From IMG/VR virus record IMGVR_UViG_3300035208_002115: 64,000 bases of DNA; one strand, 5' to 3'. Positions within the stretch are counted from its first letter, which is position 1. Every line of letters starts with the position of its first letter. A model generated the notes under the pieces. That model saw nothing but the letters and a program-made list of their open reading frames with translations. It was not told the DNA's origin and made no database searches. The stretch comes from a virus (taxonomy: Duplodnaviria > Caudoviricetes). Shown here one piece after another: positions 32,334 to 41,576 of this stretch. A program made the position numbers and the translations under genes.

Positions 32334-32542
32334 ATTGTATTTATAAAATTATCGCCTCAGAAGATGGTGATTGGCACATAGCCTCTAAATTAGTAGATGG
32401 TAATATAACTGTATTACGTGAAGGACATGACCAAGAACGGTGTTATAAAGCTATATTAGATGATTTGGGTGTTGATGTTAAAACTTCATATGTAAATATG
32501 GGAGATGGTGATTATGAGGTAACAAAAGCTGATTTTGAATAA
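32324..32542 (+). CDS. Hypothetical protein
   Basis: 72-aa ORF. Confidence 0.55.
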   Translation: MELNCIYKIIASEDGDWHIASKLVDGNITVLREGHDQERCYKAILDDLGVDVKTSYVNMGDGDYEVTKADFE

Positions 32543-32581
32543 TGGAAGACTATATTTATAATCAAAAAATAAAAATAAAAA

Positions 32582-33061
32582 ATGTATATAGGTGTTGATT
32601 TTGATGGTACATGTGTAACCCACGAATACCCAAATGTGGGAAAAGATATTGGAGCAGTACCAATTTTAAAAAAATTAGTTGAAGCTGGACACAAATTAAT
32701 ATTGTTTACTATGCGTAGTGATGTTGATAATGTTCCAATTGCTGATAATGAAATAAAATTAGTTGATAATTTTTTGACAGATACTGTGAATATGTTTAAT
32801 GAAAGAAAATTAGTTGGTAATTTTTTGACAGATGCTGTGAATTGGTTTAAAGAAAATAATATTGAGTTGTGTGGTATTAATGAAAATCCAACACAAAAAT
32901 ATTGGACAACAAGCCCAAAAGCATATGCACAATTGTATATTGATGATGCAGCACTTGGGTGTCCTCTCACATATGATGTCAATTTATCTGATAGATATTT
33001 TGTTGATTGGAAAGAAATTGAAAAAAATCTTAAAATACGTGGATTAATAAATATGATGTAA
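32582..33061 (+). CDS. HAD-superfamily hydrolase-like protein with an internal 17-aa duplication
   Basis: VDFDGT, FTMR, K...YIDD; 51-nt tandem duplication at 32747-32848. Confidence 0.8.
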   Translation: MYIGVDFDGTCVTHEYPNVGKDIGAVPILKKLVEAGHKLILFTMRSDVDNVPIADNEIKLVDNFLTDTVNMFNERKLVGNFLTDAVNWFKENNIELCGINENPTQKYWTTSPKAYAQLYIDDAALGCPLTYDVNLSDRYFVDWKEIEKNLKIRGLINMM

Positions 33062-33073
33062 ATTGAACATAAT

Positions 33074-34395
33074 ATGTTTGAAAGATTTATAAAAAGAATG
33101 AGTAAAGATGTTTTTAAAATTGAAGAAATTATTTACTTCAATAGACCATATAAAATTAAAGGGTTTGACTCTATTAAAGAGGCTGATAACTGGCTAAGTG
33201 ATTATAATAAACCGATGAATCTGGTTCTAATGGGTAAAGTATCAGAAATAACTGAGGAAGAAGCTGAAGATTATATGGTATGTAGTGATGCTGGTTATAT
33301 TTACAGTTTACAAAGTCCTTATTATGGTAAAGCATCAAGGGCTTTGAAAGATGCTATTAGAAAAAAATATTGTGTTGTTTATATATGATAATATTATGGG
33401 ATACTTCATTACCGAGAGACGAAATGAATCTGGTGAGACTGTAAATGCAGATTGTTTTTTAACCGATTCTATGGACAAAGTTAAAGAATGGATAAGTAAT
33501 AATAAAGATTTTGATACTCGTGATATTTTTTGGTACTGGACTATATTAAAAATAACAACAGATGATGAACTTGGAGCAGAACTATTTACATATTTTGATT
33601 GGGATGGTAATGAACAGGATAAAAAACCAAGTAAATTAGATATTGGAAAAGATATTTTTAGTTGTTTTTCAGAAGAAAAATTCATCTTTAATGTCTGTAT
33701 GAGTTACCGTCACGATTTTGGATTACTATCATATGATGAACAAGAACTGCTTAAATTCGAATGTAAAGAATGGATGAGGGCTATAAAAAATAATTATAAA
33801 TTATGAATACAACAAATAAAACTAATAAAACCTCAAAGAGAGGTTCAATTATTGAAATATATTTGGAAATATTTATGAGAAACCAAATGTATACTATAAA
33901 TGATAATTTAAAAGAAGATATTCAATGTTTATTGGATAAAAAATTATCATTTAAAACAACCGTTTCTGAAATAAATAATGAAAACGGGTTTTTAAGTGGT
34001 GATGTAATATTTAAAAGTGAATACGGGGATAACAGAGCTATAAATTTTACTGTTAAATCTGGTGAAATTGAATATGCATGAAATTAGAAACTCTTGTAAC
34101 AAGATATAAAAACCTTGGTTATATCCCAAAAGGTTTAGAACGAGATTTAGAGATAGCATCTATTATTAAATGGATATATGAGACCCATGATATCTATATC
34201 GATGTTTTCTTTTGCGATATTAAATTTAAAGGGTACGAAAATAACTATAATAAATTCTGTGGATATAAAATCTGGAACACCAAAGAGGAATTTAGTAATA
34301 AACACACTGGTGATAAGTATTTTAAAAATCCATTTGATGCTAAATATGATGTAGTTAGAGAAATATATAGAGCTTTAAAATTTCAAAAATATTAA
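33074..34395 (+). other. Four hypothetical CDSs (33074-33388, 33351-33806, 33803-34081, 34078-34395)
   Basis: Tightly packed co-oriented ORFs. Confidence 0.55.
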
Positions 34396-34397
34396 TA

Positions 34398-34808
34398 ATG
34401 GATAATTTAGAACTTGCACAAAAAATAATTGAGAGTAGAAGTCCTAAGTATTTCGTTTACAATATTATAAAAAAGTCTGATGTTATACCGTCTCCCAGAA
34501 GTAAGAGTAAGTTTAATTATTATATCTTTGATGATGAAATCATGCTTAAAATGGGACGGTTAAAAGATGAACATAACCCAGAATTATTTTGGGTTGAAAT
34601 TCAAAAAACATTATTTATTGATTTAGAGGTTAAATTTAAATTAACTATTGAACAAAGTAAAGATATAATACGTACTGTTGTTAGTGATTATTTTAATATA
34701 ACAAGGGATGAGATTCAATTTTCAGAACATACATTTATTGATAATATCTCGACAACATTAATGAAAAAATATGTCGCTGAAAAATATAAATCGATGAAAA
34801 ATGGCTAA
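34398..34808 (+). CDS. Paralog of the array-1-fused protein, without its own array
   Basis: QKIIESRSPKYFVYNIIK and LEVKFKL...IIRTVVSDYFNI align with ORF 9579-9914. Confidence 0.65.
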   Translation: MDNLELAQKIIESRSPKYFVYNIIKKSDVIPSPRSKSKFNYYIFDDEIMLKMGRLKDEHNPELFWVEIQKTLFIDLEVKFKLTIEQSKDIIRTVVSDYFNITRDEIQFSEHTFIDNISTTLMKKYVAEKYKSMKNG

Positions 34809-35799
34809 AGTTTTTATAATTGGAAATAGCACATTTGGGTATAAAGAATTGTTCGACTTAAATAAATCATTAGACGAATCGGGTAAATATTATTTTGATT
34901 ATCTCATACCATTTATAAAAAAATATAAAAAAGAAAATGATTGCCTGATTCATCTTGGTAATGTGTTCAATAGAAATGAAAATATTAATGTAAAAACTAT
35001 TAATCAGGCCGTTTCAGTATTCGAGAGATTATCAGAATTATTACCAGTTTTCATATTACTATCTAAACATGATACATATGGCACATTAAATGTCCTCACT
35101 GTACTTAAAAATATAAAGAATGTTTATATCGTAGACAAATCAGCTACTTTATATGATAATAAAATACAATTATATGGTTATCATAAAGATATAATTGAAG
35201 AAATTAAAAATAAAAATATTTTTTTAAATCATTTTAATAAGATTTTAGAGCCTGTTGAGAACCTTGAACATTATTCTGAAAGTGAATTTTTATTTGTAAA
35301 TAATGAAATATATGGCCTTAATTTAAATATAGACTTTAAAATAATTTATTCTGGCGTTAAAGATGAAACTAAAGGCAATAATAAATGTATCGAATCCCCA
35401 TACCCATTAAATTTTAATTCCAAAAATAATGGTATTTGGGTGTTAGATGTGGAGTCTGGACAAGAAAAATTCATTCCAAATGGAATTAATTCTAAATTTG
35501 AGATAAAAAATATCACTTCTATTGGTGATTTGAAAATACTAACCGAAGAATATCTTAATAATAATTTTGTAGATTTAAATATAAATTTCGAACTTTCGGA
35601 AAATTTAGAATTTCAAATGAAATTATCACAGTTGAACGTGAAGTCGATTCATTATACTAAACAAGACATCATTGAAGAACAATTTGAAGAAGAAAAAACT
35701 TACGATATATTTGATTTAGATGCTATTATAACTGATAATATTAATTCAGACACAGTGAAAAATGAATTTGATAATGTCAAACGCATTTATAGTAAATAA
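34801..35799 (+). CDS. SbcD/Mre11 (T4 gp47)-like metallophosphoesterase with degenerate metal ligands
   Basis: IIGNSTFG in place of DxH, HLGNVFNR in place of GDxFD, LSKHD in place of GNHD; IESPY, IPN..SKF. Confidence 0.65.
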   Translation: MAKVFIIGNSTFGYKELFDLNKSLDESGKYYFDYLIPFIKKYKKENDCLIHLGNVFNRNENINVKTINQAVSVFERLSELLPVFILLSKHDTYGTLNVLTVLKNIKNVYIVDKSATLYDNKIQLYGYHKDIIEEIKNKNIFLNHFNKILEPVENLEHYSESEFLFVNNEIYGLNLNIDFKIIYSGVKDETKGNNKCIESPYPLNFNSKNNGIWVLDVESGQEKFIPNGINSKFEIKNITSIGDLKILTEEYLNNNFVDLNINFELSENLEFQMKLSQLNVKSIHYTKQDIIEEQFEEEKTYDIFDLDAIITDNINSDTVKNEFDNVKRIYSK

Positions 35800-35810
35800 T
35801 GGACGGAATT

Positions 35811-36109
35811 GTTGGGTATATCTTTCAAATTGTGACTTGGTACACTGAGAAGATAGTTGAGAAGCTTGATTATTCCGTTGGGTATACCTTTCAAATTATG
35901 ACTTGGTACACTATTTATTCGCACTTGAATTATCCTGAGTTAGTTGGGTATACCTTTCAAATTATGACTTGGTACACTAAACCAACTCTTTGGCTTTTGG
36001 TCTTTCCTGTTGGGTATACCTTTCAAATTATGACTTGGTACACTAAATCTGGATTCGTTGTTTTTGTTTACCTGTTGGGTATACCTTTCAAATTATGACT
36101 TGGTACACT
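35811..36109 (-). CRISPR. CRISPR array 2: five 36-bp repeats and four spacers (30, 30, 30, 29 bp)
   Basis: + strand repeat GTTGGGTATACCTTTCAAATTATGACTTGGTACACT at 35877, 35943, 36009 and 36074; copy at 35811 has 2 mismatches (trailer); adjacent to a Cas12f-like gene. Confidence 0.95.
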
Positions 36110-36119
36110 ATACCATAAT

Positions 36120-36315
36120 TTAAATCACTCAATTTAAGGTATTTAGTGAGTGTATTAGTGGAAAAAAAGTATGTAATTTTTAAAATTTTACTTTCAAAAA
36201 TCCAATTTTTGCTTTCCTGACCTCACTATCTGGTTTTAATCCCTGCGCTCACCATACATTTTAGTGAGTGTATATAGCAGTTCATTTACTGGACTTACGT
36301 CCAACCCAATAAACC
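36120..36315 (-). ncRNA. Candidate tracrRNA / leader region
   Basis: Minus-strand UGGAC-GUAA-GUCCA GNRA hairpin (36290-36303), CUCACUA/UGGUGAG hairpin, UUGGGU complementary to the repeat 3' ACCCAA, and AUACCUUAAAUU complementary to repeat AAUUUGAAAGGUAU with a 2-nt bulge; boundaries approximate. Confidence 0.55.
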
Positions 36316-36326
36316 TCAATATTATT

Positions 36327-37589
36327 TCAAAGAACTTCTTCTAAAACCTTTTCGGTTTTATTTAAGTAATATTTTCCTTTGCTTGCATCATCTAAATAAT
36401 CAACAGATGTAGCTATATTCATTGCAGCATTATAATCGCTATCAATTACTTTATTAAAATCATCACATTTCGAACTTAAACACTTAAATTCAGCACCATT
36501 TCTTTCACCAATAGAACCACAACAAGAGCATATCTGACTTGTATGATAAGGGTCAATATATTTGATAATAATACCACGTTTAATTGCTTTCTGTTCGATT
36601 AAATTCATCAAAGTCATAACACCCCAATATCTTCCAAGATAAGAATTTTGTTCTTTCATAGAATTCTTATCAAGACGTTCCATGTTTATCTGTTGAACTT
36701 TTAATTTTGCAGCAGATTCAATTACTTCTTTTGATAATTTATCCAGTACATTATCAGTAAATGATGTTTCAGAATCTTTTACTTTATTATAAACCTGCAT
36801 TTTTCTTGTTCTACCATGACCTGATTTAGCTAATACAGAAGATTCCTGTACCCTTTTATTTTTCATAGCAATACCATACTTCTGTTGAACTAATTTCTCA
36901 CTATGAATAGACTTCTGATAACTTGGTATGTCATTTATTCTTAAAGAAATAAATCTTCTCACACCCATATCAATACCCATCACTCTATTATCTATGCCAA
37001 CATAACCTTGGATGTCTTGTTCATAGGATAGAATTAACATCAGTTCTTTTCTATTGGTATATTTAATAAGAAAAGTTGAGTTAAGATTGTATTTTTTATT
37101 TTCTAAATCCAAAAATCTATTTAACATAGTTTTAAGATGTCCTGTTTTTTTGTCGAATATTATTTTAAATTTGATATTTGTTCTACTGTTAATAAGAATA
37201 AAAAAATCACCATTTTCTTTTATTAATTTTGGATTAGAATTTTTCAAAAATTGAAAACGTGTAGCACCATATTTCTTATACAGTCTTGGACTTCTTTTAC
37301 CTGATAATAAACCAGCTTTAACATCACTTTTATAATTGTTTTCTGCTTGATATACCCAATCTCTCAGATAAGTAGTAATAACTTTAGGAAATTCCTGAGT
37401 AGTTAAATTATATACTTGTGATTTGGGTGGTGTAACAGGTGACATTATTACTGGATATTGATGTAACATCCGTGATATATCATAAGCCCGATTCAGAATC
37501 TTATAAGATACATTAAAAATATCAAATATCCAGTTCTTGGATATTACATCCACTGGTATTATTTTTATTTTCATTGATGATGTTACCAT
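36327..37589 (-). CDS. cas12f: Cas12f (type V-F, Cas14/TnpB-derived) RNA-guided nuclease, about 420 aa
   Basis: RuvC-I VMGIDMG, GHGRTRK, RuvC-II INMERL, DPYHTSQICSCCG...FKC...C zinc finger, RuvC-III DSDYNAAMNIA; likely start MVTSS at 37589; next to array 2. Confidence 0.85.
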   Translation of the reverse strand: MVTSSMKIKIIPVDVISKNWIFDIFNVSYKILNRAYDISRMLHQYPVIMSPVTPPKSQVYNLTTQEFPKVITTYLRDWVYQAENNYKSDVKAGLLSGKRSPRLYKKYGATRFQFLKNSNPKLIKENGDFFILINSRTNIKFKIIFDKKTGHLKTMLNRFLDLENKKYNLNSTFLIKYTNRKELMLILSYEQDIQGYVGIDNRVMGIDMGVRRFISLRINDIPSYQKSIHSEKLVQQKYGIAMKNKRVQESSVLAKSGHGRTRKMQVYNKVKDSETSFTDNVLDKLSKEVIESAAKLKVQQINMERLDKNSMKEQNSYLGRYWGVMTLMNLIEQKAIKRGIIIKYIDPYHTSQICSCCGSIGERNGAEFKCLSSKCDDFNKVIDSDYNAAMNIATSVDYLDDASKGKYYLNKTEKVLEEVL

Positions 37590-37862
37590 AATTAATTTTT
37601 TGTAAAGTAAAACATATTTTCTGAATAAAAAAATATTATTATAAAAAATACTAAGATTTAATAACAATATCCGTATACAATGTCTATATCGGAATAGAAG
37701 GAAATACCCCCTTTATAACATTAGTCACCTCATCAAAGAATTTATTATTTTAAAGATGTGTAATATTAGATAATTATGTATATTTTTGCAAATGATGAAA
37801 ATGACAGAAGTGTTTTACGAAAAAACTGAGACAAACTAAAATAAAAACCTTTTTGGAAAATA

Positions 37863-38581
37863 ATGGTAATACAAAAACTAAATAAGGTAATATTGGACTC
37901 TAAAACTGTCATTATTAGAGAAAATATGGCTATTTTTATAAAAAATGAAATAGATAATAAATATATTAAAATAGTTAACGGGTTTTTATATATGCTTTAT
38001 AAAGTAAATGGTAAGCATTTATTAAATCGGAAAATTTTTATTAGAATTTCAGATAATATATTTGAGACTTGTTTAGAAGCTGATTTTGTTAATAAATTTG
38101 ATATAACATTCGAAAATTTTCATATAATAAATAATTGCTTATATTTAGTTGAGAATACATCCGATAAATTAAAAATAAATAAATTAATTCGAAAAGAAAA
38201 AATAAAAGAAATATTGGAAGTATGAGTATAATTACACATAAAATACAAGCTAAACCACAGGAAAACGGATTGTATGGTATGCCACTTACAATATTATCAT
38301 ATAAAATTACATATCCTAACTGGGAACAGGAATTTTTAATATCGGCATCAATAATGACTTTAACAGAAATTCACCCAGATAATAAATATGGTATTGAAGT
38401 GTGGTCTAAAAACATTATTCTAATTTACAATTACTCTGAAAAAAAAAGAAGTTCAATACTTTTAGATTATGCATATTTTAATGAAGGTGTATTTTATTAT
38501 GCTAATAAACAAAATCAAAGCGAAGTAATAGAATTAACTCAAATAAAACGTATACATAAAATTGAATCTATTTTAGAATAG
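37863..38581 (+). other. Two small CDSs with C-terminal tag (37863-38225, 38222-38581)
   Basis: End IRKEKIKEILEV and KRIHKIESILE; TATTTTTG upstream. Confidence 0.6.
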
Positions 38582-38593
38582 AATATTTTATTT

Positions 38594-38602
38594 TAATATA
38601 TA
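38594..38602 (+). promoter_or_regulatory. TAATATATA late-promoter-like motif (representative copy)
   Basis: Also at 4686, 5646, 14204, 18644, 22749, 39934 and 42686 (minus) and 42715 (plus), each shortly upstream of a start codon. Confidence 0.6.
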
Positions 38603-38621
38603 GTAAAAAATAATATTTTGA

Positions 38622-39518
38622 ATGTTATTACAAGATTCAGTTCGACCATATTATGTAAATGATATTAAATACGATGAATTTTACACCTTAAAGAACGTCC
38701 TTAATGAAGATGTTATACAAGGTGTAAATGTTGATAAATTCATTCCAGATTTTCCTGTAAATACTCCAATTAAATTTGACCGTGATAAAATGATTAAGGC
38801 AATCGAATACGGTATGTTAATCAGAATCCTTTATTCGGGTGACCAAGACAAATGGAAAGGTGGGCGAGAAAGAATCATTGCACCGCTTGTAATGGGTATA
38901 AATAAAAACACTGGTAATTTACTTATCAGGGCTTTTCATATGGATGGTTATTCAATAAAAGAAAGAAAAAATACTAAAAAAGTTTGGCGTTTATTTAAGG
39001 CATCTAATATAAAAAGTATGACTTTCATAGGTGATTTCTTCCGTCTTCCACCCAAAGGTTACAAGATGAACGATAGGGTTATGACAGAAACAACCATAGC
39101 CAGAGCTGACTTTAATAAGATTAGGAAAAATCAATATAAATTAATACAGGCCGATAAGATTCAGAAGGCTGAAGAACAAGAAATAACAGGTAAATCAAAT
39201 GCTTTGGCAACGGCTATTGATGTTAAGAATACAGACACTATTCTGAATATGAAAAATATGTGGGAAAATACACTATTGGATAAGAAACAGGCCAAGAGTT
39301 TAAAGATTACATTTTTGAAAAGTGTGTTTGGAAATGAGTATATCGCTGTCGCTGGTGCTTTAGGTACACCCGGTAGAACAGTAAAGCTTTTCGAAGATAA
39401 AAAATTATTGGGTTCGTATAAAACTATATTCTCATCTTTTGCTTCCGAATTGACTTATAAAAAGAATATCAAAGGTCAGGTTGAGTTTCAACTTTATAAT
39501 TTCATTAGTAAAAAATAA
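38622..39518 (+). CDS. WYL-like domain protein
   Basis: ILY.G...RERIIAPLVMG...LLIRAFH...WRLFKASNIKS fits the WYL pattern. Confidence 0.55.
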   Translation: MLLQDSVRPYYVNDIKYDEFYTLKNVLNEDVIQGVNVDKFIPDFPVNTPIKFDRDKMIKAIEYGMLIRILYSGDQDKWKGGRERIIAPLVMGINKNTGNLLIRAFHMDGYSIKERKNTKKVWRLFKASNIKSMTFIGDFFRLPPKGYKMNDRVMTETTIARADFNKIRKNQYKLIQADKIQKAEEQEITGKSNALATAIDVKNTDTILNMKNMWENTLLDKKQAKSLKITFLKSVFGNEYIAVAGALGTPGRTVKLFEDKKLLGSYKTIFSSFASELTYKKNIKGQVEFQLYNFISKK

Positions 39519-39914
39519 TTACAATTTAATAAGTTTAAATAGTGATTTTATATCGTCTATTTTTCCTGAGATTGAAAAAGAACCAAATTTTTCTAATGTT
39601 TCTTCCCACGTTGTATTATCATCAACCTCATAACCGCCCCAATCGGGATGAAATTCTATTTCTTTTATTTTTTTAAGAGTCTTTAAATCTATAATACATA
39701 GAATGGGTTCTGGTTTAATACCTTTAGCCTCATCATTAGCAGCAGTTTCATAAGCATAATTTTTGGCTTCTATTTGTTCGTTAGACAAATAAAGTAAAGA
39801 AATATTATCATACGTTTGTTTCCACGATGGCATACTTGTACCATGATATAAAATATCATATTCTTTATTTTCTTTTAAAAAATCTTTAATTGTGATATGT
39901 ATAAACATTTTCAA
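39519..39914 (-). CDS. ADP-ribosyltransferase-fold protein (H-Y type), putative
   Basis: LYHGTS...LYLS...AKNYA; N-terminal IKDFLKEN. Confidence 0.5.
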   Translation of the reverse strand: MKMFIHITIKDFLKENKEYDILYHGTSMPSWKQTYDNISLLYLSNEQIEAKNYAYETAANDEAKGIKPEPILCIIDLKTLKKIKEIEFHPDWGGYEVDDNTTWEETLEKFGSFSISGKIDDIKSLFKLIKL

Positions 39915-39992
39915 GATTAGAAAATTTTATTTTTATATATTATTTTTATGTTTAATTTATTTCACTTATATTTGAAATATTTTTAAATAATT

Positions 39993-41576
39993 ATGCTAAA
40001 TTTATTATTTTCAGCTACAATATTAAGAGAGTTTCTTATTGGTTTATCATTCAAACCACTTGAAGAACGTATTAATATGATATTAGATTTAATAGGATAT
40101 TCAAATTTATATTCTTTTGAATTTATGGACATTTGTATTAATACAGGAGTAAATGATGATTTAATTGAACATATTTATTTGAAATCATATAAAGATGAAG
40201 AAATTTTAAAGAAAAATATTAGTTATATAAATACCGAACGGTACATCTTGCGAGAAGTTACTAATTCAACTAATTATCGTTTAGATGATGTTAAAAATGA
40301 TATTAATGATAACTTATGGGATTTGTATGATACCGCAGTGAAATGTGATAAACCGTTTTTAGTTGAATTAATCATATATGATAAACGTTTTAATATCGAT
40401 GATTGGTCATATCATATGCAACTTTTTGACTATTTAAAAGAACTTAAAAACCCAAGTGGTGTAATTAATGTGATGTTTTTAAATGAAAGGATATCTAAAT
40501 ACGCCAAATCACTTTATATTGAAGAACTTTTTAAAGAAAATAAATTCCCATTATTAAAATATATTATTGATGATAAACAATTGTTTAATAAAGAAAACGT
40601 AACCATCAATAAAAAAAACATCACTAAATACGCTATGAGAGCAGTGTTTTATGACAATGATGTTGCTTTATCTTATTTAATTGAAAATAAACAATTGTTT
40701 AAATTTATTAATATTGATAAGTTAGCTTTCTACACTGTTATCAATAATGATAGTTTTAAGTGTTTTAAATATTTGGTTGAAAACAACTACATTGATTTAC
40801 CGAATAAATATGAAGAAATTTCTACTTCGTGCGTGAAGGCGAAATCTTATGATTTATTGACAACACTAATATCATTTGATTGTATATCTGGTAAAAATAT
40901 ATTTAATCATTTAAAACCTATTATAAACAGAGAAAACATAAATGATATTATAGAAGTTTATGTTAATTCGGGTAAAGTTGATATTTATCAGGATGATTAT
41001 CATTTGTTTGAAAGATTAGCAGGTTCTATAAATAAAGAATCATTAAAATTGATTCTACAAAAAACTGTTTTAAAATTTGAGAGTGATGATGTAAGAAAAG
41101 TTATTAGAAAAACCATATTTCGTTCTGACCCAATTGATATGGAGTTAATTAGAGATTATATTACAAATACTGGTTTTGATGATGAAAATTATGTAGCTTC
41201 TGAGGCTATAATAGCTTTTTCCGAAAATTATTTCAATATTTTGTTAAAAAAATATCCAAAATATAAACTTCCAGATGATATTTATTATATGCAAATATTG
41301 ACTGATAGTAGTGGTGTATTAATAGAATATTGTTTAAATAAATCATTATTTAAAATTAAAAAATGGTCACACTATTTGATAAGTAAATTGTTAGATAAAA
41401 AAAGTCCTGATACAGCACTAATGGTTATAAACCATAAGAAAACAGTAATAAGAGATGAAACAATAACAGCTATTTATAAATTTTTTGATGCGAATAGTCG
41501 CATTTATCCCGAAGAATTTTTTAAGAAATTTAAAATGGCGATAAGAATGAAAAAGCTTGCTGATATAATATCTTAG
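39993..41576 (+). CDS. Helical-repeat (ankyrin-like) protein with C-terminal tag
   Basis: Repeated LLKYII / LSYLIE / CFKYLVE units; ends IRMKKLADIIS; TATATTTG upstream. Confidence 0.55.
   Translation: MLNLLFSATILREFLIGLSFKPLEERINMILDLIGYSNLYSFEFMDICINTGVNDDLIEHIYLKSYKDEEILKKNISYINTERYILREVTNSTNYRLDDVKNDINDNLWDLYDTAVKCDKPFLVELIIYDKRFNIDDWSYHMQLFDYLKELKNPSGVINVMFLNERISKYAKSLYIEELFKENKFPLLKYIIDDKQLFNKENVTINKKNITKYAMRAVFYDNDVALSYLIENKQLFKFINIDKLAFYTVINNDSFKCFKYLVENNYIDLPNKYEEISTSCVKAKSYDLLTTLISFDCISGKNIFNHLKPIINRENINDIIEVYVNSGKVDIYQDDYHLFERLAGSINKESLKLILQKTVLKFESDDVRKVIRKTIFRSDPIDMELIRDYITNTGFDDENYVASEAIIAFSENYFNILLKKYPKYKLPDDIYYMQILTDSSGVLIEYCLNKSLFKIKKWSHYLISKLLDKKSPDTALMVINHKKTVIRDETITAIYKFFDANSRIYPEEFFKKFKMAIRMKKLADIIS

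Noticed and set aside
35799-36098. 99-aa + strand ORF with VGYTFQIMTWYT repeats
   Set aside because: It is the translation of array 2 (66-nt period) with no unique domain or paralog support, unlike the array-1 gene
36327-37589. IS200/IS605 TnpB transposon
   Set aside because: No tnpA or clear IS ends; the adjacent array and Cas12f-type motifs fit CRISPR better
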